Source: an uncultured Chloroflexia bacterium
Lineage (GTDB): Bacteria > Chloroflexota > Limnocylindria > Limnocylindrales > CSP1-4
DNA length: 64,000 nucleotides
Assembly (NCBI GenBank): GCA_963713975.1
Contig: OY970218.1
Location: 1,440,001-1,504,000, forward strand
Direction: 5' to 3'
The notes beneath the pieces are model-generated. The model searched no databases. It had not been told where the DNA came from and worked only from the letters and a program-made list of their open reading frames with translations. The translations under genes and the position numbers were made by a program. Shown here piece by piece: positions 59,187-64,000 of this stretch. How positions within the stretch are numbered: the first letter of the stretch is position 1; each line of letters begins with the position of its first letter.

Positions 59187-59813
59187 ATGACCGACGAGAA
59201 GACAACCCCGGCAGAGGCGACCGACGACGTCGTCGTCGTCGCGGCACAGGTCTCGGACGACCAGGGCGTGCTCGCCGAGGGCGCAATCGCCGTCGAGGGC
59301 AACAACGCCCTCATCGTCGCCAGGTTCGCCGATCCCGCCGCCGCCGCGACCGTCTACGACCGGCTTCGCCAGGGGGAGGCCGACGGCGCCTTCGAGATCG
59401 ACGGCGTGCTCGTCGTCAAGGCGGACGACAAGGGCCAGATCCACATCCAGAAGATGACCGAGCACAGCACCCGCAAGGGCCTGAAGTGGGGCATCGTCGG
59501 TGGTGTCGTCGCCGGGATCTTCCTGCCGGCGACCATCGTGGCCGGCGCGGTCGCCCTGGGCGTCGCGGGAGCCGCGGCCGGCAAGGCGCGCAACCTCTAC
59601 CACCGGGTCGAGGTCGAGAAGGCGCTGACCGACACGATCACCCCCGGGACGTCCGGGATCCTCGCACTCGTGACCGCACCGGCCGCCGAGGCCGTCACGA
59701 AGGAGATGGCGGAGGCCCAGGAGGTCAAGACCATCCCCGTGGACGGCGCAACCGCCGACGCGGTCAAGGCTGCGGCCACCGCCGCGGAGGGCAACGCTCC
59801 CGCCGCCGAGTAG
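59187..59813 (+). CDS. DUF1269-domain membrane protein
   Basis: IDGVLVVKADDKGQIH, Gly-zipper TM hairpin, ITPGTSGILAL; GAGGAG RBS. Confidence 0.8.
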   Translation: MTDEKTTPAEATDDVVVVAAQVSDDQGVLAEGAIAVEGNNALIVARFADPAAAATVYDRLRQGEADGAFEIDGVLVVKADDKGQIHIQKMTEHSTRKGLKWGIVGGVVAGIFLPATIVAGAVALGVAGAAAGKARNLYHRVEVEKALTDTITPGTSGILALVTAPAAEAVTKEMAEAQEVKTIPVDGATADAVKAAATAAEGNAPAAE

Positions 59814-59879
59814 CGGCCTGCCCTTTCGGGGCTCGACAGATCGACGATGCCGGCGCCGCGAGGCGTCGGCATCGCTCGT

Positions 59880-61583
59880 TCACGGCACGGGCGGGTGGCC
59901 GGGCTTTGGGAGGCCCTTGAGCTGGCGATACGCCTTGACCGCCGTGCCGACGGTCGGGTAGAAGGCATCGCGATCAGCGAGCCACTCCAGCCCGTAGTCC
60001 TGGATCTCCTGGCGCACGGCGTCCTTCATCCCCGCGAAGACGAGGTTGATGCCCATGGTCTCGAGCTCCTGGTCCAGCGTTTCCAGCATCTCGCCGGCGG
60101 TGGTGTCGAGGGCGGTGATGGGCTCGGCGGCGATGATGATCCAGGCCGGCGGGGGATCGGCCAGGGCCAGGTGCCGGATCTCGGCCCGGAAGATGTTCGC
60201 GTTGGCGAAGATGAGCGGTCCGTCGAAGCGGTAGATCTCCAGGCCGGGGATCTGCTCCGCGCCGGGGTACATCCGGGTGTCGTGGTAGCCCGGCACGCCG
60301 GGCACGTCCACGAGCGTGGTCCGGTAGGGGTTCCACGCCTGCCGGAAGACCCACAGGATGGACAGGGTCACAGCAACCGCAATGCCCGGCAGGATGCCGA
60401 GGAGTGCCACGCCGAGGAAGGCCGCGAAGGCGAGGCCGAACTCCGTCCTGCGCTGGCGCCACAGCCGGCGCATGGCCGGGATATCCGCGAGCGAGATCGA
60501 CGCGACGATCACGACGGCCGCCAGCGTCGGCTGGGGGAGCCACTGCATCAGCCCGGGCAGGAACACGAGCATCACCAGGATCACGGCGGCCCCGACCAGG
60601 CCGGTTAGCTGCGACTTCGACCCTGCCCGCTCCGCCACTGCGGTTCGAGACCCGCTGGTGCTGATCGGGAACCCCGTGAACAGGCCGGCCGCGATGTTGG
60701 CCGTGCCGATCCCGACCATCTCCTGGTTTGCCCGCACCTCCTGTCCGCTCCGCCCGGCGAAGATCGACGACACGGAGATCGTGTCGGCGAGCGAGACCAC
60801 GGCGATGCCCACGGCACCCGCGAGCAGGAGCGGGAAGTCGCCCAGGCCCACCCTCGGGATGGTGAACGGGGGCAGGCCGCTGGGCAGCACCCCCACGAGG
60901 CTGACCCCGCGAGCGGCGAGGTCGAGCACGTATACCAGCACCATGGCCGCCACCACGGCCACCAGCACGGCCGGCACCTTCGGGAGGACGCGCCCGAGGA
61001 TCATCATCACCAGGACACTGAACAGCCCGATGCCCATCGCCGCGGGGACGGCCTCGCCGTTGGCGACTCCCTGGACGAACGCCTGCGTCTCCGCGATGAG
61101 GTTCTCAGCGTCCGTCGAGAAGCCGAACAGCTTGGGCAGCTGGCCCACGAAGATCGTCAGCGCCAGCCCGTTCATGTAGCCGATCTGCGTCGGCTTGGAC
61201 AGCAGGTCCGCGATGAAGCCCAGCCCGGCGCGGGCCCCGATCAGCATGAACGCCCCCACCATCAGCGCGAGCACGGAGGCGTAGGCGATGGCCGTGGAGG
61301 GATCGCCGTTGGCGGCCGCGAGTGGCAGGACCGTGGCGGCGATCATCCCGCCCAGCGCTGAGTCCGGGCCCAGGACCAGGATCCGCGATGGACCGAACAC
61401 CGCGTAGGCGATCAGGCACAGGACGGACGTGTAGAGGCCGGTGATCGCCGGCAGTCCGGCGAGCTCCGCATACGCCATCCCCTGCGGGACGAGCAGGCTC
61501 GCCAGCACCAGCCCCGCAACGATGTCCTTCGAGGGCCACGCGGCCTGGTAGGTCCGAAGGGTCTGCAGGCCAGGGATCAGCAT
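59880..61583 (-). CDS. SulP family anion transporter with STAS domain
   Basis: DIVAGL..LVPQGMAYAELAGLP..GLY, FGPSR, NQEM, SGSRTA, YRFDGPLIFANA. Confidence 0.93.
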   Translation of the reverse strand: MLIPGLQTLRTYQAAWPSKDIVAGLVLASLLVPQGMAYAELAGLPAITGLYTSVLCLIAYAVFGPSRILVLGPDSALGGMIAATVLPLAAANGDPSTAIAYASVLALMVGAFMLIGARAGLGFIADLLSKPTQIGYMNGLALTIFVGQLPKLFGFSTDAENLIAETQAFVQGVANGEAVPAAMGIGLFSVLVMMILGRVLPKVPAVLVAVVAAMVLVYVLDLAARGVSLVGVLPSGLPPFTIPRVGLGDFPLLLAGAVGIAVVSLADTISVSSIFAGRSGQEVRANQEMVGIGTANIAAGLFTGFPISTSGSRTAVAERAGSKSQLTGLVGAAVILVMLVFLPGLMQWLPQPTLAAVVIVASISLADIPAMRRLWRQRRTEFGLAFAAFLGVALLGILPGIAVAVTLSILWVFRQAWNPYRTTLVDVPGVPGYHDTRMYPGAEQIPGLEIYRFDGPLIFANANIFRAEIRHLALADPPPAWIIIAAEPITALDTTAGEMLETLDQELETMGINLVFAGMKDAVRQEIQDYGLEWLADRDAFYPTVGTAVKAYRQLKGLPKPGHPPVP

Positions 61584-61630
61584 CCCGGGAGCATAGCCAA
61601 GCCCGGGGCACGAGGTGTGGCCGGGATGGC

Positions 61631-63451
61631 CTACTCCACGGGCGGGTCCGGTTCGGGCGCGGGCGGGTCCGGTTCGGGCGCGGGCGGGTCCGGTTCGGGC
61701 GCGCGTGTGGTCGCCGCATCCGGTGGCCAGCGCTGCTGGAAGTCGGTCACCGCCGAGCCGATGGAGCGGTAGACGCGATCCTCGCCAAGCTCCGCCATCA
61801 CCCCCGTCCTGCGCAGCCGATCCCGCACCGGGCCCTTGACCTGGGCCAGCAGGACCTCGATCGATCGGGCATGGAGGTCCCTGATCATCGTCATCAGCAT
61901 GTCGGCGGTCGTCACGTCAAGATCGGCCGTGGCAGCCAGGTCGAGCAGGACGCCACGCGGCTCCGGTTGCCGGGCCGCCACGAGCTCTAGGATCTGTGCC
62001 TTCGCGACGTTCGCGTTGAAGAAGTAGAGGGGTGCATCCAGGCGAACGATGACCAGGCGCTGGATCCGCTCCGCATCCGGGTGGCGGGCGAGGTCACCGA
62101 AGGTCTCCTGGTGGCCGGGCATCCGGCCCAGCGCCGCAACGTACGGCCGGCTCGCCTTGTACAGGACGAACGCGACCGACAGCATGACGGCCACCAGCAT
62201 CCCGGTCAGCACGGTTGTGAGCAGCACGCCGAGCATCGCGGCCATGGCGATCAGGAAGTCGGTCCGCCGCCAGGCCCAGTAGCGGCGCATCTCGCCGACG
62301 TCCATCAGGCCCAGGCTGGCCGCGATCACGATCGCGCCGAGGACCGCGTTCGGGAGGTTCTGGAACAGCGGTGCCAGCACCATCGCCGTGGCCAGGACCA
62401 GGCCGGCGGTGACCAGCGACGAGAGCTGGGACTTCGCGCCCGATGCCTCCGCGGTGGCCGTCTGGGACAGGCTCGCGTCGGCCGTGAAGCCACCGAACAC
62501 GCCCGAGGAGAGGTTGGCAGCACCGAGCGCCAGCATCTCCTGGTCGGGGTCAATCTCGTAGTGATGCCGCGTGGCATAGGAGCGGCCTCCGCCCACGGAC
62601 TCGCCCACGGCGAGGAACACGATCCCCGCCGCACCGAGGGCGAGGTACGGGAGTGACGCCAGGGGCACGGACGGCATCGACGGGAGCGGCACCCCGGTCG
62701 CGACCTCACCCACCACGCTGACGCCGTATGCCTGGAGGCCCAGCAGGGAAACGGCCAGGATGCCCAGGACGAGCGCGATCAGAGGCCCGGGGATCTTCCG
62801 TGAGACGCGGCGCAGGACAAGGATCAGGACCAGGGCAAAGAGCCCCACAGCCAGCGTGTAGGGGTTCGTGGCGGGGATCTCCGCGACCAGCTGGGCGATC
62901 TGCTCGGGCAGCGTGCCGCTCAGGCTGGGGGTACCGAGGAGCTTGGGGATCTGGCCGATGACGATCGAGATCGCCAGCCCGAAGATGAACCCCGTCACCA
63001 CGGACTTGGTCAGGAAATCCGAGATGAAGCCGAGCTTCGCGATGCCGGCTGCGACCAGCATTCCTCCGACCACCAGCGCGAGGGCGGCCGTCATCGCGAG
63101 GTAGGTCGCAGCGTCGCCTCCGGCGAGATCGGCGACCACCGAGGCGGACATGATGGCCATCGTGGAGCTGACCGTGACCTTGAGGTGACGGCTTGAGCCG
63201 AACACGGCGTACGCCGCCAGCGCGGTGAAGGCGGTCACGAGCCCGAGCTCGGGTGGCACCCCGGCGAGGCCCGCGTACGCGAGGGCGACCGGGACCATCA
63301 CGCCCCACGACGTGACGGCCGCCACCAGGTCGGGTCGAAGCCACTTGCGGGGGTAGGCGGGCAGCCACGTGGTGATCGGCACGTACCGGGCGGCCAGCTC
63401 CGACACGACCGCGGGGAACGCTATACGGGGTGCTGGCTCACCGGACGACAA
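61631..63451 (-). CDS. SulP family anion transporter with STAS domain (second, divergent copy)
   Basis: PVALAYAGLAGVPP, FGSSRHL, DQEMLALG, RLDAPLYFFNA, DLAATADLD; start approximate. Confidence 0.92.
   Translation of the reverse strand: MSSGEPAPRIAFPAVVSELAARYVPITTWLPAYPRKWLRPDLVAAVTSWGVMVPVALAYAGLAGVPPELGLVTAFTALAAYAVFGSSRHLKVTVSSTMAIMSASVVADLAGGDAATYLAMTAALALVVGGMLVAAGIAKLGFISDFLTKSVVTGFIFGLAISIVIGQIPKLLGTPSLSGTLPEQIAQLVAEIPATNPYTLAVGLFALVLILVLRRVSRKIPGPLIALVLGILAVSLLGLQAYGVSVVGEVATGVPLPSMPSVPLASLPYLALGAAGIVFLAVGESVGGGRSYATRHHYEIDPDQEMLALGAANLSSGVFGGFTADASLSQTATAEASGAKSQLSSLVTAGLVLATAMVLAPLFQNLPNAVLGAIVIAASLGLMDVGEMRRYWAWRRTDFLIAMAAMLGVLLTTVLTGMLVAVMLSVAFVLYKASRPYVAALGRMPGHQETFGDLARHPDAERIQRLVIVRLDAPLYFFNANVAKAQILELVAARQPEPRGVLLDLAATADLDVTTADMLMTMIRDLHARSIEVLLAQVKGPVRDRLRRTGVMAELGEDRVYRSIGSAVTDFQQRWPPDAATTRAPEPDPPAPEPDPPAPEPDPPVE
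61639..61701. repeat. Perfect 21-bp tandem repeat x3 encoding (APEPDPP)3 at the SulP C-terminus
   Basis: cgggcgggtccggttcgggcg x3. Confidence 0.95.
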
Positions 63452-63599
63452 CGACGATCCTCTCCCTGGCAGGGCCTGGCTGCGACCTCACCCGGCGCAG
63501 GGTACGCCACGCCAGGCGGGCAGGGCCGGGTACGCTGGCAGCCGTGCGGCCGTGCTGGATGCTGCACGTTGGCCAGCAGGACGCGCAGGGAGGACCGAC

Positions 63600-64000
63600 A
63601 TGGGCAATGGACCAGGCGACACGCCGAGCCCCCTGGCGTCCGTGACGGGGACCGGGGACGAACGGGAGATCGGCGAAGCCGTCACCGTCGCCCGGCCGGT
63701 GCATCCCTACGTCCACGTCGTGATCGTGGCGGTCATCGGTGCGGTCGCCGTGCTCGCCTGGCTGATCGTGTTCGAGGAGGGCAGCAAGCTCCTCTGGGAG
63801 AACGACTTCGTCACGGCGAACCCGTGGATGTTCCCCGTGATCTGCCTTCCGTTCTCGCTGCTGGTCGGCCTGCTCGTCAAGTACCGCCACGCTCCGACGA
63901 CCCTTGACGAGTCCCTCCTCGACAGCCTCTCGGGCGACCCTTCGAACATCGACTGGCGGGGCCTGCCCGTCAACGTCCTGATGGCCTGGGCGTCGCTGTT
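63600..64000 (+). CDS. Probable ClC chloride channel family protein, N-terminus (runs off window)
   Basis: Open frame from ATG after GGAGG; ..LAWLIVFEEGSKLLW..PVICLPFSLLVGLLVKY..; diagnostic GxEGP motif lies beyond the window. Confidence 0.55.
   Translation, partial: MGNGPGDTPSPLASVTGTGDEREIGEAVTVARPVHPYVHVVIVAVIGAVAVLAWLIVFEEGSKLLWENDFVTANPWMFPVICLPFSLLVGLLVKYRHAPTTLDESLLDSLSGDPSNIDWRGLPVNVLMAWASL

Overview
High-GC (roughly 70%+) bacterial chromosome segment, densely coding, with about 58 CDS and one tRNA-Glu(TTC). I found no integrase, transposase, phage gene, CRISPR array or rRNA. The gene content (PASTA Ser/Thr kinase, DUF3105, LigC/Prim-PolC, Ser/Pro/Thr linkers, no outer-membrane genes) fits a monoderm such as Chloroflexota (Limnocylindria-like) or Actinomycetota; this is inference only. 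Housekeeping blocks: threonine catabolism (FAH-tdh-kbl), GH13 glycosidase, galU-pknB, folC-folP-folB, response regulator/kinase/HtrA, rplY, malic enzyme, LigC/Prim-PolC, a SorC-fba-CbbY-dhaL-dhaK sugar locus and an ion-homeostasis block (P-type ATPase, CaCA, PPK2, two SulP, ClC). Best leads: (1) a BldC/Xis-like HTH regulator under a near-consensus promoter with helically phased repeats, coupled to an uncharacterised multi-TM protein that has a paralog 34 kb away; (2) an orphan 1150-aa pyruvyltransferase-like + GT8 + TylF methyltransferase fusion; (3) pervasive leaderless gene architecture; (4) a folate operon lacking folK, with a coupled Cys-rich ORF and a 16-bp duplication after folB; (5) a DhaK/DhaL locus lacking DhaM but containing CbbY. 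Start codons were chosen by eye and family calls come from motif recognition, not database searches.
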